From: a virus
Taxonomy: Duplodnaviria; Heunggongvirae; Uroviricota; Caudoviricetes
DNA: 64,000 nt
Virus record (IMG/VR): IMGVR_UViG_3300035701_000006
Span: 71,267-135,266 of that record
Strand: one strand, 5' to 3'
Made by a program: the position numbers and the translations under genes. Below are positions 1-9,873 of this stretch, piece by piece. Position 1 is the stretch's first letter. Every line of letters begins with the position of its first letter. Under the pieces are notes generated by a model. The model was given only the letters and a program-made list of their open reading frames with translations. It ran no database searches and was not told where the DNA came from.

Positions 1-36
1 CCCATCGATGCGCCGTCTGAAAAGACTGGGAGGTCC

Positions 37-483
37 TTGGCGGATACGATTGCTGCTAAGGGGCCTGAGCTTTCGGATCTGTTTGCGGATAGGGAAACGC
101 TCGACAAGATCATTGAAGCTTCGGAGATAACTCCCCAGCAGATGGCTGTCATGAGTCTCGTTTTCGGCCTTGATGGGAAGGGCGAACGCGATGGTCAGCA
201 AATTGCTTTGGAACTTGGAATATCGAAGCAGAGAGTGAACCAGTTGAAGGTCAAGGGAATTCAGAGGCTCAAGGATACGGCGCAAGCGATGGGTATCATG
301 GCTCCGACGCCAGTTGCACCAGCACCAGTCGCGCCCACAGGGCCAACGGAGTTAGAAGTTCCGGAAGTTATGCCGGCTGCAATCGAGCCCGAAGAGAAGA
401 TGGAGTCATTCTACAAGCTCTTCAGGAACATGCTCGTGGAGATGATCGTGAAGGGTGAGATGAACGGCGTGATCCTCGGGTGA
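37..483 (+). CDS. sigma-70 region-4-like HTH protein (TTG start; may be 5' truncated at window edge)
   Basis: C-terminal-half segment QIALELGISKQRVNQLKVKGIQRLK resembles sigma-70 region 4 HTH. Confidence 0.45.
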   Translation: MADTIAAKGPELSDLFADRETLDKIIEASEITPQQMAVMSLVFGLDGKGERDGQQIALELGISKQRVNQLKVKGIQRLKDTAQAMGIMAPTPVAPAPVAPTGPTELEVPEVMPAAIEPEEKMESFYKLFRNMLVEMIVKGEMNGVILG

Positions 484-761
484 TCGATGGACTTTCCAGC
501 AAAGCTCGACAAGGCACTGCGCCGCCCCATGCTGCGAAGCAAGCAGCGTGAATATTACCAGCCAGTGGACCCCACCACTCGTAAGCCGATTGGTACGAAG
601 CATGTGGAAATAGTTGGCGGGGAGATCTTCGAGCCGGTTGATAGGAAGGTAATATCTGGTCGTGGAGAGCCAGATACCTACACCCTAATACTCAAAGCGC
701 CGAGGGGTGGGATATACAGCTGGTCAAGCGAAGACCGCCCCGAGGATAGGTTCGACGAGGT

Positions 762-1100
762 TTAGTTACCACCTCTACAAATGACCTCGACGCAGCTCAC
801 GCATACCTTCTTGCCATGAATGATCGTAGGGTTCATGCTTTCGACTGACTTACTACATAGGATGCATACGGTTGTTGGGTCTACGCCTGCGACCTTACGG
901 ACGGTAGCTGCGCGCGGTCCGTTACCCTTGGGATTCGGCCGCGTGTCAATGTCATATTCGACGCTGTCACCAGCGATGAGTGCGTCGAATGGCGTCTGCT
1001 TGCAAGATGAGACGTGGAAGAATACGTCTTTACCGTCCTCGCCCTTAATGAAGCCGAATCCGCGGTCGGTGACGATCTTCTTTATGGTCCCGGTCGCCAT
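762..1100 (-). CDS. cold-shock-domain protein with C-terminal Cys-rich zinc-ribbon-like tail
   Basis: N-terminus KIVTDRGFGFIKGEDGKDVFFHVS matches CspA-type RNP motifs; CxxC pairs at C-terminus. Confidence 0.6.
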   Translation of the reverse strand: MATGTIKKIVTDRGFGFIKGEDGKDVFFHVSSCKQTPFDALIAGDSVEYDIDTRPNPKGNGPRAATVRKVAGVDPTTVCILCSKSVESMNPTIIHGKKVCVSCVEVICRGGN

Positions 1101-1399
1101 TCTCGCCTCCCAGTTTGGTTCTCGATTTCTGATCGCAGCTGCCTTTGTTTTGTTAGGTTCTCAATGGCTTCCGATCGTTGCGTTCTGATACGCCGCAATA
1201 GTCTGTTCCGCAGTGCTAGTTCAAGGCCGCTTTTGGCCCCCTCTTCGATTATCTTGAAAGCATGGAGTTCCGATATGTTAAATTTCTTGGCTATTCTTCT
1301 GAGTGGTGCAAGGCGGTGGACGTTGACCCACTGGATGATCTTTCGCTCAAGGATATTTGATTCTTTCGCCGCCCTCGACATTTCTATTCTTGTTGGCAT
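1082..1399 (-). CDS. small HTH-type DNA-binding protein
   Basis: basic helix-rich ORF overlapping the csd gene start; weak. Confidence 0.3.
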   Translation of the reverse strand: MPTRIEMSRAAKESNILERKIIQWVNVHRLAPLRRIAKKFNISELHAFKIIEEGAKSGLELALRNRLLRRIRTQRSEAIENLTKQRQLRSEIENQTGRREWRPGP

Positions 1400-2069
1400 C
1401 GTACTCTCCTATTTTTGTGCCGCCTTAGATACTTCAAAAATAACGTATGAAATTAAGATCACTCTATGAGGATGGTCATTGGGCGGTCGTAAAGTCCCAC
1501 CCAGGGAAGCTTGGTGGTTCCGGGCATACCAAGAAGAAGGAACGACTGTCATTCCTGGTACATCCGCAGGACAGGGAGAGGTTTAAGAAGTGGGGTCAGA
1601 GACGATCAAAATCTCGCCAGTAGATTCGACAGACCTTAATGCCGCAATCCATATCGGCACTATCTGAGCACTTTGAGCATATTCTATGGCCTTTCCAGCT
1701 GGATCTGAATGGCCGAAGGCACTTGAGGCATGTTCTAATGCTAGGCTCTTCAACCTGACTGCCGTTTCCGCGTTTCTGTGCGGCAATCATAACTGATATT
1801 TGCCCATAAGCCATGCAAGTACAATTCGTAATCACAAGATTCAATCAGTCCTCGTTTCCATTGCCTCAACCGTCTCCGCCGCCTAGGCCGTACTGCGAAT
1901 GCCCGATCAAGCCGTCGATACCGCCGCTGATTCCTCCGCTGAAGCAGATTAGGCCGGATGGTAATAGGCAGCCGCTGACGGAGATAGACACCATCGCGCA
2001 GAACTTCCTTATTATCAACGATATGTCGCGCTGACAGACTTAGTTCATGTATTTGAAGGACTGAAGGAC

Positions 2070-2669
2070 ATGCCCACCATGGAAGCCGCCAAGAAAGTAT
2101 ACGACCTGGAGCAGTTCTATGTTGACGGTTCCTGCACCAAGTATGATGGGGACGATGGAGTGGCGAACTTCCGCCTCTGGAAGTTTATAAGCAATAAGCC
2201 CCGTTCACGCCAAGAATGCCGAGACTTCTTCAAATCCATTGGTGTCAAGAAGAATCTGTCGCAGAGGACGTCGTCAGCTATAAACTGGCTTAGGTCCCGC
2301 AGTTTTGTGAGGTCGAATAGGCAGACGATAAAGGTCCGTGAGGTCCATGAGAAGGTACCGGTGCAGGAGAAGCAGAAACCATATAAGACGACTATGTCGT
2401 CGCCGCTCCCCAGGAACGATGATGGGAACATCGACATGGAGAGCTTTCACGAAATTATGAGGGAAAGGCAGGGTAGGCTCATCATTGGACCTCCGCAGTC
2501 CATGGCTCCTGACAGATTCGTTGAAGAAGTCGTGCAGCGCAATCCAACGTACATGGAAGGCCATATTTTGTGTGCTGCTCGTGCGTCAGGCACAGTCAGG
2601 TGGGATCACGTCAGGGATGTCATACACAAGGCATTTCCTGCGTTATGCGACTGTAAAAATACGTTGTGA
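2070..2669 (+). CDS. hypothetical protein
   Basis: 199-aa ORF, no recognisable motif. Confidence 0.4.
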   Translation: MPTMEAAKKVYDLEQFYVDGSCTKYDGDDGVANFRLWKFISNKPRSRQECRDFFKSIGVKKNLSQRTSSAINWLRSRSFVRSNRQTIKVREVHEKVPVQEKQKPYKTTMSSPLPRNDDGNIDMESFHEIMRERQGRLIIGPPQSMAPDRFVEEVVQRNPTYMEGHILCAARASGTVRWDHVRDVIHKAFPALCDCKNTL

Positions 2670-2988
2670 ACCTTGGTGTAGATCCTGGATTTATCGTTCT
2701 CGCCGCGGAACTTCAGCTGAAGATTCCACCTGAAGTAGCCGTCAACGTCCTATCCCACATATGGCATGATAAGGGCGTCGGTCTTAGCAACCAGACCAAG
2801 GATGCCCTCAGGGACTTTTCCAGGGGTGATGTGTCTATCGGCGAACTGAGTCAGGCTGTCACAGGCGACAAGAAGCTGATGGAGCTTGTGGGGCCGATCA
2901 TCAGCATCGGCGGGGCATACGGATGGGATTATAAGGTACAGAAGACCTTCGATAGGAAGGAGAAAAATTGGAAAGTGCGCGTAAGGCG

Positions 2989-3936
2989 TTATGAGTCTTC
3001 AGACGCTTGACCGCTGAACTTGCTCAGCCTGTCGTCGATCGATTTCACAAGAGACTTCTTCACGATATTAGCCACGCCCTTGACGTTCTTTGGCGTTATG
3101 TCCCCAACCTCATCCTTGTACCTCTTCAGTTTACGGAGCAGGTCTGCATAGGAATATCTCTCTAGCAGTTTGTAAATGACATTAGCATCTGCTTCGGCCG
3201 ACATCTCGAGTGCGCTTCCGAAGTCTCCGCTGTCGAACGCGTGCATGTAGGCGCGTGACCTGGCGGCCTTGACTGACTTATACTGGGAAATCATGACGTC
3301 GATGCTCTTATTAATCTCGCCGATCTTCTCGTTCAAGTCGTGCATGAGGTTATCCACATCGCCGATCGATGCGCTTTTGAGGGCTCCCCTGAGCTCTGCA
3401 TAGTCAATAAGGTCACGGTACAGTTCCGCCCGTTTTATGTCAATCTGACTGACGACTTTCTTGAACGTCTCGTAGTAATCCTTTATGTCTATTTCCCGCA
3501 GGGGTGTATATTTTTCCCATTTGTTCTGGAAGAGGTCATAGATCGATTCTGATTTTTCGAAGTCGTCGTCGACTTCATGGATATAGAAGTTAACTGGGTG
3601 CTGCGTACCCTCGATCGGCACATGGCTGGCGACTTCTGAGAGTTTTTGGTATCTCTTGAAATCTGGCGTCTCTGGAATAAGGTCGGTGATGAGGTGTACG
3701 TCGACGTCCGTCTTTGGGTTGTAGAGGTGGCTCGCGATGCTACCGACGACGGCCGCTCTCTTGAGCTTGTCCTTGGGCATGAAGCTTAGGATGCGTTCCC
3801 AGATCAGCTTATAGACTTCCGGTTTTAGTCTGTAAAACGGCTTCTCCTTGTTCCAGATATTTAGGGGTAGGGTGTCCTGGTAGATGTCCAGGATGCTTTC
3901 CCGCAGTAGAATGCTTAGACGGCTTGTGAATCGCAT
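2989..3936 (-). CDS. Pol-beta superfamily nucleotidyltransferase
   Basis: N-terminal AVVGSIASHLYNPKTDVDVHLI fits the hG[GS]x9-13DhD nucleotidyltransferase signature. Confidence 0.5.
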   Translation of the reverse strand: MRFTSRLSILLRESILDIYQDTLPLNIWNKEKPFYRLKPEVYKLIWERILSFMPKDKLKRAAVVGSIASHLYNPKTDVDVHLITDLIPETPDFKRYQKLSEVASHVPIEGTQHPVNFYIHEVDDDFEKSESIYDLFQNKWEKYTPLREIDIKDYYETFKKVVSQIDIKRAELYRDLIDYAELRGALKSASIGDVDNLMHDLNEKIGEINKSIDVMISQYKSVKAARSRAYMHAFDSGDFGSALEMSAEADANVIYKLLERYSYADLLRKLKRYKDEVGDITPKNVKGVANIVKKSLVKSIDDRLSKFSGQASEDS

Positions 3937-3962
3937 ACCATATATTTTTACAAAGATACCGC

Positions 3963-4406
3963 ATGAAACTCGCTGGCTTGTACCTCACTGAGGGATATGG
4001 ACGCGTCTGGCGCGGTCAGTATTCTGGGTACCAGACGGATCCAAGACCCAAGGTTCTGATCCTCGGTCACTGGCGCAATCCATCAACGGGTAACGATCTC
4101 GTCGGCGGAATCAACCTGAACTACCTATCAGATGAGGAGATCATTGAGCTTCAGAAAGCTCTCAAGCAGATCTTGCGTTCGCACAATCTGAAGAATAGGT
4201 ACTGGACCGGGCGGAGACTCCTACCAGACATATTTGGTAGCCCAGGTCGCCGCCGCTATTATAGGACGTACAAGAAGGACCTCATCCACTCCGTCACACC
4301 CGAGACGCTCAAATTCTACCTCGAGCCCAAGAAGCCGAAGTCGGGGCTGACAGGGCCGACGGGACTGGGACCAGCTAGCCCACCGCCGCGGAAGCCTGTG
4401 CTGTAG
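3963..4406 (+). CDS. hypothetical protein
   Basis: 147-aa ORF. Confidence 0.35.
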   Translation: MKLAGLYLTEGYGRVWRGQYSGYQTDPRPKVLILGHWRNPSTGNDLVGGINLNYLSDEEIIELQKALKQILRSHNLKNRYWTGRRLLPDIFGSPGRRRYYRTYKKDLIHSVTPETLKFYLEPKKPKSGLTGPTGLGPASPPPRKPVL

Positions 4407-4429
4407 GATGCCGTATCTAACGTAAATAA

Positions 4430-5110
4430 TTGCGTGGCATCCCTATTCGCGGAACGAATATGAACGCTCCTGATCTTAGCGGTTTTGATAAGATAAAGAC
4501 TTGGCTTGAGTTGAACAAGAGGATGGGTACGTACGAGCTTGCGATGATCGCACAGAAATCGCCGTCGACTATTAGGAACTGGAAGCGCAGAGCGGGCCAG
4601 AAGCTCAAGGAGTCCCCATTCCAGAACGTAAAGCACGTTCACAAGCGGCGTCCGATCGAGGTCATTGACGATCCGTCCGTCTGGGACAATGCCCAGTGGT
4701 TCAAGCGGAAGTACGTCGATGAAGGGTATGGAACGCCGACCATCGCCAGGATAATCAATAGATCCAATGTTCTTGTCGTGAATCGTCTGAAGAATCGGTA
4801 TCACATAAAGACGAGAACGCATAAGGAAGCCGTCAAATCGAATTCAAAGCTCTGCAATCTTGAGTGGCTTACGGAGCATTATGTCATCAAGCGGTGGAGT
4901 CTGAAGAAGTGCGCGCAGGTCGCCGGAGTCGTCCCGTATACGATCTACAACTGGCTCATAAAGTTTAAATTGGACCCCAGAAGTATTCACCAGGCCATGG
5001 CTGGCAATTCGAACCCGTTCTTCGGTAGGAAGCATAGCGAAGAGACGAAGGAAAAGATTCGTCGCTCCATACAGGCGCTGTACGCGAACAAGCAGACACT
5101 CAAGACGTGA
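4430..5110 (+). CDS. DNA-binding protein with C-terminal NUMOD3 motif (homing-endonuclease-associated)
   Basis: C-terminal FGRKHSEETKEKIRRS matches the NUMOD3 GxxHSEEtKxKI motif. Confidence 0.45.
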   Translation: MRGIPIRGTNMNAPDLSGFDKIKTWLELNKRMGTYELAMIAQKSPSTIRNWKRRAGQKLKESPFQNVKHVHKRRPIEVIDDPSVWDNAQWFKRKYVDEGYGTPTIARIINRSNVLVVNRLKNRYHIKTRTHKEAVKSNSKLCNLEWLTEHYVIKRWSLKKCAQVAGVVPYTIYNWLIKFKLDPRSIHQAMAGNSNPFFGRKHSEETKEKIRRSIQALYANKQTLKT

Positions 5111-6168
5111 TCCCACTACACATAAGAGACCTCGCATATCAGCTCTCGTCACATCCGTTCGTCAAGCATGTCAAGATCCGTAATTTCTGTCTAGACGTGC
5201 AATTTATCACCGGTATCACAGAGCGGTGGCTGACGTGCGACCATGACGTGACTGACGTCAGGCGGCACACATTTAAGTATGCGAAATCAGAAGTCGTGCC
5301 GGTCCGCATCCACACGGAATTCGAGACGGAGCCTGGGGATCCATTCGCTAGCGAGAAGAAAGAGCACCCAATCATTCAGTACAAGGAATTCGTCAAGGGA
5401 TCGTTCCTAGAGAGGCGCATGGTCATCCATAAGTTCATCATGCAGCTTTGTGGTCCTGGCTGGCGAAGGATCTGGTTCCCTGAAGAGGCCCTACTCGATG
5501 ATTTCAGGAACCTTCTCAAGCTTTCTAGTGAGAGATTCTGGCACGGCGATGTCTTATTGGCCGTCGGCGCGATTGGTATAAAGAACGAAGGAGCCCCAGG
5601 GCGCATGCTCATGGAGCACTTCTTCGATACAGGTATCGACCCCGGAAGGAAGGGAACGTATGATGACGGATGGGTTGCATCCAAGCTCTATAAGGCTGCA
5701 AAGCGGATATTAAAAGGGCAGGGGGATCTGACCCGGTATATCATGGCCAGAGCTGTCAATCAGCAAGGATACGGGCCCAGGATAGTAACTCCTGGTGCGT
5801 ATCTGGCCATCTTGAAGAAGTTCAGCCTGTCGCCAGCGAGCGTATTAGACGCGTGTCCCATGTTCGGGGGCAAGCTCATTGCAGCTGCGGCCGTGGGTGC
5901 CAGGGTCTACAGGTGTCCGAATCCGCAGCCTGAGGCTGAGGCTCTTGCGAAGTTTCTCGGCATTAAGGTGGAACGCTATACGAATCAACCCTGTGACGTG
6001 GCGTTCATAGATAAAGATTTTTATCCAACAAATATATTGCCCGGCCATCACAAGCACGTGTTCCGATGTGTTGATGCGCCACGTCCTGGTATTGAACAAT
6101 TCCAAGTTATGGTCACTCCTTATGCCCTACGGGCGAGAATTCTCAACACCATCCTGCACTTCCATTAG
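5107..6168 (+). CDS. hypothetical protein
   Basis: 353-aa ORF. Confidence 0.45.
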   Translation: MIPLHIRDLAYQLSSHPFVKHVKIRNFCLDVQFITGITERWLTCDHDVTDVRRHTFKYAKSEVVPVRIHTEFETEPGDPFASEKKEHPIIQYKEFVKGSFLERRMVIHKFIMQLCGPGWRRIWFPEEALLDDFRNLLKLSSERFWHGDVLLAVGAIGIKNEGAPGRMLMEHFFDTGIDPGRKGTYDDGWVASKLYKAAKRILKGQGDLTRYIMARAVNQQGYGPRIVTPGAYLAILKKFSLSPASVLDACPMFGGKLIAAAAVGARVYRCPNPQPEAEALAKFLGIKVERYTNQPCDVAFIDKDFYPTNILPGHHKHVFRCVDAPRPGIEQFQVMVTPYALRARILNTILHFH

Positions 6169-6534
6169 CAAAGATAGGTAAGGTCGTTGTCGCATCGATG
6201 GTAACTAAGAGCGGATACTTACCGTCTCATAGTAGACCATGGATTGTGAACGATGTGGTGGGAAGTTGACGGAATCCGAGGCGAAGGAAAACCCTCGTCA
6301 TTATTGCACTGTCAGCCCCAAGGGCAGTGGAAGATATGCTAAGGTCCACTGCAACAAATGCCATACGAAAGAGTTAGAGAACAAAGAGGTCAGTGAGAAT
6401 GGCACAGGGTAATCAAAAGACGCCTCTCGAGGAAATCTTACAGAAGAGGGGCAAGCCGGAAGTAAGCACCTTGCCGGTCAGGATTATTGAATGGTTGCCA
6501 CTCAAGAGCATAATCCCAACGCCGGAGATAACGC

Positions 6535-9048
6535 ATGACGCAGGTTAAAATTCCTGACCCGAACACGCTCGTCGACCAACAGATCGTAAACGTAGAAGGT
6601 CCTGATGGTATCATCACGACCTATGTTTACGATCTGGAGACGCGATGCCTTACGTACAAGGATTCCCAGATCATCATCCCTCCGTTCCATGGACAGACGC
6701 ACGTCACGTCTGACCCTGTGCCGGATGCGACAGAGGACCTTCACGGCCTGATGTCGTCGGATGACAAGGCGAAGCTGGATGCGCTACTCCAGATGAGGCT
6801 TGGGGTCCTCGGCTTTATGGGGTCGGGGTTCCCAGATGATCAGGGGTGGCTGCAGGGCGATATCATCCTCGCCGCGGGTACAGAGTTCATCAATCTGGAA
6901 CGGGTTGGGAACGTCATCCGGTTCACCGTTGACTCGTCAATCCCCCTATGCTCGTGCGAAGAGTGCGCCCAGATCTTCTGGATTCAGGACGAGAGCGACA
7001 TAGCCTCCATCAGGCCTCCGTCCTGTGGCGGGAAGCTTCCTGGCGCGAACGTCTACGGCGAGTTCAAGGTCTTTCTCCTGCCCGAGACGACCATCTTCGA
7101 TCCGGCTAACCCTCTCGCCACGCTCAACAAGAAGAACAGGTACCCTGCCGTCATCTTCAAGAGGTCGACCGACCAGCTCGTGCCTGGGCAGGCGGAATGG
7201 GAGACTATCCTCAGGCGCCGCAGTAATGGGACGACCTCGGTAGGCTGGGTTATGACACCAGGGCCCACACGGGCCAGGGCTGTCTGGTTCATGGGAGAGG
7301 ATTCCGACGGGAACGACATCCGTTTCGAGTTCGAGTTGAAGTCCGAACCCGGTATCCTCGGCGCGCTTCTCTACAAGGGCCATACTCTGACGCGACGCAT
7401 GGCTGTCATCACGAGCTATGCCCCATCCGTCCTGGCGACCAACCAGTACAACGTGAAGTACTGGGACATCCTCAAGGCGGAGCCGGTCGGCAGCAGCTTC
7501 GTGTCGACAAACATCTGGAAGTACCAGAACCCAGAGAACTCGCCGACGGCTCTCGTCAATCCGAGGCAGCTAGTCCTAGACGGAACGCAGGACATCCTGC
7601 CAATCGGTACGCTCGTGCAGCTTTGGGAATTCAAGATCGCTGAGGTGAGTGGCCAGGCGGTCCTCAAGAGGTTCTTCAACTTGGAGCCCAACCTCGGGGC
7701 GGAGACGCTCTGGGGTCTGACTGGGGCCGTCAGGTTCGGCGATCTCCTCACGGCGAGGAAAGAGTTGGAGTTTGGATCCGAGCCGCAGTCCGGCGTCAGG
7801 ACTGATATTCTCGATGCTTGTCTCTTTGAGCGGACGATCTGGGGGATTACCGGGTTTGAGGATCCCCTTCTCCTGTCGGATGACCTCGACAGCGGCAGCG
7901 GTGAAATCCTGGAGCCGTCTGGCGTGCAGATCAATAACCAGTATGAGGCTGACATCGATCCCGCGCTGCCAGGGCTGAAGGTCGTGGAGAATGTTCCGTC
8001 TGTTGAGAAGATGGAGAGGCCGATATTCCTGTGGCACAGAATCAATCACAGGAATTTCTATACCAGGACGCTCATCGGACAGCCCGAATCGAGCCGATTC
8101 CCGCCGATTGATATCCTGCTCAAGTCCCCCGTCGACAGCGTGGACGACGTCTACATGAAGATCATCCGGCGCGGCATTATCAGCTCTGGACCCTATATCA
8201 ATAAGCGATTCATCATCGCAAAGGGAGCTCAGTGGAAGCAGCTGCCGGCTGATGGGGCTATCAGGGTTCTCACCGGCAGCTTCCGGGACAGGGTCTGGAA
8301 CTACTTCGCTAAGACAAACTTCTCGAACTATGACGACGACGGAGTGATGCTGATCGGCACCGACATGTTCCCGTTCAGTGAGGATGCCACGGGTTCTGTT
8401 GGTGACGAAATCGGATCCGGTTCCGGTGGTAGTACGGTTGACGAAGTACCTCTGCACACGACCGTGGTCGAGCTCCTCCACCTGGATTTCACCTCGCCGG
8501 CTGTACGACTCGAGTTCTCAGTCAATACAACGTCCGGCGACGAGACGGTCCAGCTTCAGTTCAAGTCCGGTACGCTGGATATGAGCCAGCCATACGAACT
8601 CAACCTGTCCGGTGACAATCGCGATGACCTCGTCCGCGGCTTCAAGCAGGGCTATTACGTCAGCGGCATCTACACCCAGAGTGGGTTCATCCACAGCAAT
8701 GAGACTCCGGCGTCAAATCCGGAAGGATTCAAGTGCTACTGGGGCGGGTTCCTGCCCTATGAGATCGATGGGCAGACGGAGCGGTGGAACGTTCTCGAGA
8801 CGATGGTCAGGGACAACCAGCTCTGGATCTGGTGGAATAACCTGCTCATCCCGCCGAGCACGATCGAGAGCGCCAAGCTTCCGACGCCTGTGGTAGTGAA
8901 CACCCCGTACTTCCCGTTCTCATCACCCCTGGACGTTGGGAAGCTCGGACTCCGTCTGTGGCCGCAGGCGAAGATCAGGTCCGTTGAGGTCAGGGACCAG
9001 ATCCTGCGGTACAACGAGTTCGCTCACGGGCAGCTTGAGCTCAGGTAA
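6535..9048 (+). CDS. large hypothetical protein (putative virion structural)
   Basis: 837-aa ORF, TAA stop. Confidence 0.55.
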   Translation: MTQVKIPDPNTLVDQQIVNVEGPDGIITTYVYDLETRCLTYKDSQIIIPPFHGQTHVTSDPVPDATEDLHGLMSSDDKAKLDALLQMRLGVLGFMGSGFPDDQGWLQGDIILAAGTEFINLERVGNVIRFTVDSSIPLCSCEECAQIFWIQDESDIASIRPPSCGGKLPGANVYGEFKVFLLPETTIFDPANPLATLNKKNRYPAVIFKRSTDQLVPGQAEWETILRRRSNGTTSVGWVMTPGPTRARAVWFMGEDSDGNDIRFEFELKSEPGILGALLYKGHTLTRRMAVITSYAPSVLATNQYNVKYWDILKAEPVGSSFVSTNIWKYQNPENSPTALVNPRQLVLDGTQDILPIGTLVQLWEFKIAEVSGQAVLKRFFNLEPNLGAETLWGLTGAVRFGDLLTARKELEFGSEPQSGVRTDILDACLFERTIWGITGFEDPLLLSDDLDSGSGEILEPSGVQINNQYEADIDPALPGLKVVENVPSVEKMERPIFLWHRINHRNFYTRTLIGQPESSRFPPIDILLKSPVDSVDDVYMKIIRRGIISSGPYINKRFIIAKGAQWKQLPADGAIRVLTGSFRDRVWNYFAKTNFSNYDDDGVMLIGTDMFPFSEDATGSVGDEIGSGSGGSTVDEVPLHTTVVELLHLDFTSPAVRLEFSVNTTSGDETVQLQFKSGTLDMSQPYELNLSGDNRDDLVRGFKQGYYVSGIYTQSGFIHSNETPASNPEGFKCYWGGFLPYEIDGQTERWNVLETMVRDNQLWIWWNNLLIPPSTIESAKLPTPVVVNTPYFPFSSPLDVGKLGLRLWPQAKIRSVEVRDQILRYNEFAHGQLELR

Positions 9049-9051
9049 ACC

Positions 9052-9726
9052 ATGAGCGTTGTGAACGATCTTATCCCGTTCCTGATCGACTTTCAGGAAC
9101 GACATGCCCTGGATATTCGAAAGAAGGACGACGTCGCCTCGTTCCTGAAGGACCTCAGGCAGCCTGAGTTGTCCCAGTTCGTGACAAGCACGCCAGACGT
9201 GGAATGGGCCAGCTTCATCGACGAGAATTTCGGGCTGAAGGAGTCCACGCCAAATCAGATCGCCTCGATAATAGAAGAAGATGAGGGATTCGTGCCCGAA
9301 GTTCATGCCAAGAGTCTGACGCCAGCTACTATTTATCTCAAGGACGGATTTGACAGAGCGATGAACATATACATATCTGGGTCTGAGGCGCCTTACGTAG
9401 GGCCAAGGGGAACTACCCCGCCCATAGATGAAATTGAGGAAATCGCCTCGAGATATAAAGGTGACCCTATTGTGGCTGATCACGTGTCGCTGATGAAATC
9501 ACGACACGTGTTGCGCGTTGGGATAGGCAAGAAGACTGGTGCTAAATTTACTCGTGCCTGGTCGTTCGTGACGAAGGACCCCGATCCTATGTTCTGGAAA
9601 ATTGAGCATAGCAGGCCCGGGATCAACACCTCCGATCCCTCGCACACTGCGTATAACATCGAGCGTCAATTTGAGCATATCCTTACGATCCGCGTAGATA
9701 ACATTGCTCGTATCGAGAGGAGGTAG
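9052..9726 (+). CDS. hypothetical protein immediately upstream of RT-associated structured region
   Basis: 224-aa ORF; stop codon overlaps inverted repeat a1. Confidence 0.45.
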   Translation: MSVVNDLIPFLIDFQERHALDIRKKDDVASFLKDLRQPELSQFVTSTPDVEWASFIDENFGLKESTPNQIASIIEEDEGFVPEVHAKSLTPATIYLKDGFDRAMNIYISGSEAPYVGPRGTTPPIDEIEEIASRYKGDPIVADHVSLMKSRHVLRVGIGKKTGAKFTRAWSFVTKDPDPMFWKIEHSRPGINTSDPSHTAYNIERQFEHILTIRVDNIARIERR

Positions 9727-9873
9727 GCTGCCCAGCTGTCAAGCGCCGTTGCGCTTATCCTCGATGCCCGAAAGCTGCGGTTCGCGACCCATGGGGATGG
9801 AAGACCGCAGTACACGGGTTCATGTAAGCCAGTCCCTACGGGACTAGGTGTTTTAATGGCTGGGCAGCCTACC
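9721..9873 (+). ncRNA. retron-like structured RNA candidate flanked by 16-bp perfect inverted repeats
   Basis: AGGTAGGCTGCCCAGC at 9721-9736 and its reverse complement at 9858-9873 flank about 120 nt containing three internal hairpins; overlaps the RT start. Confidence 0.4.
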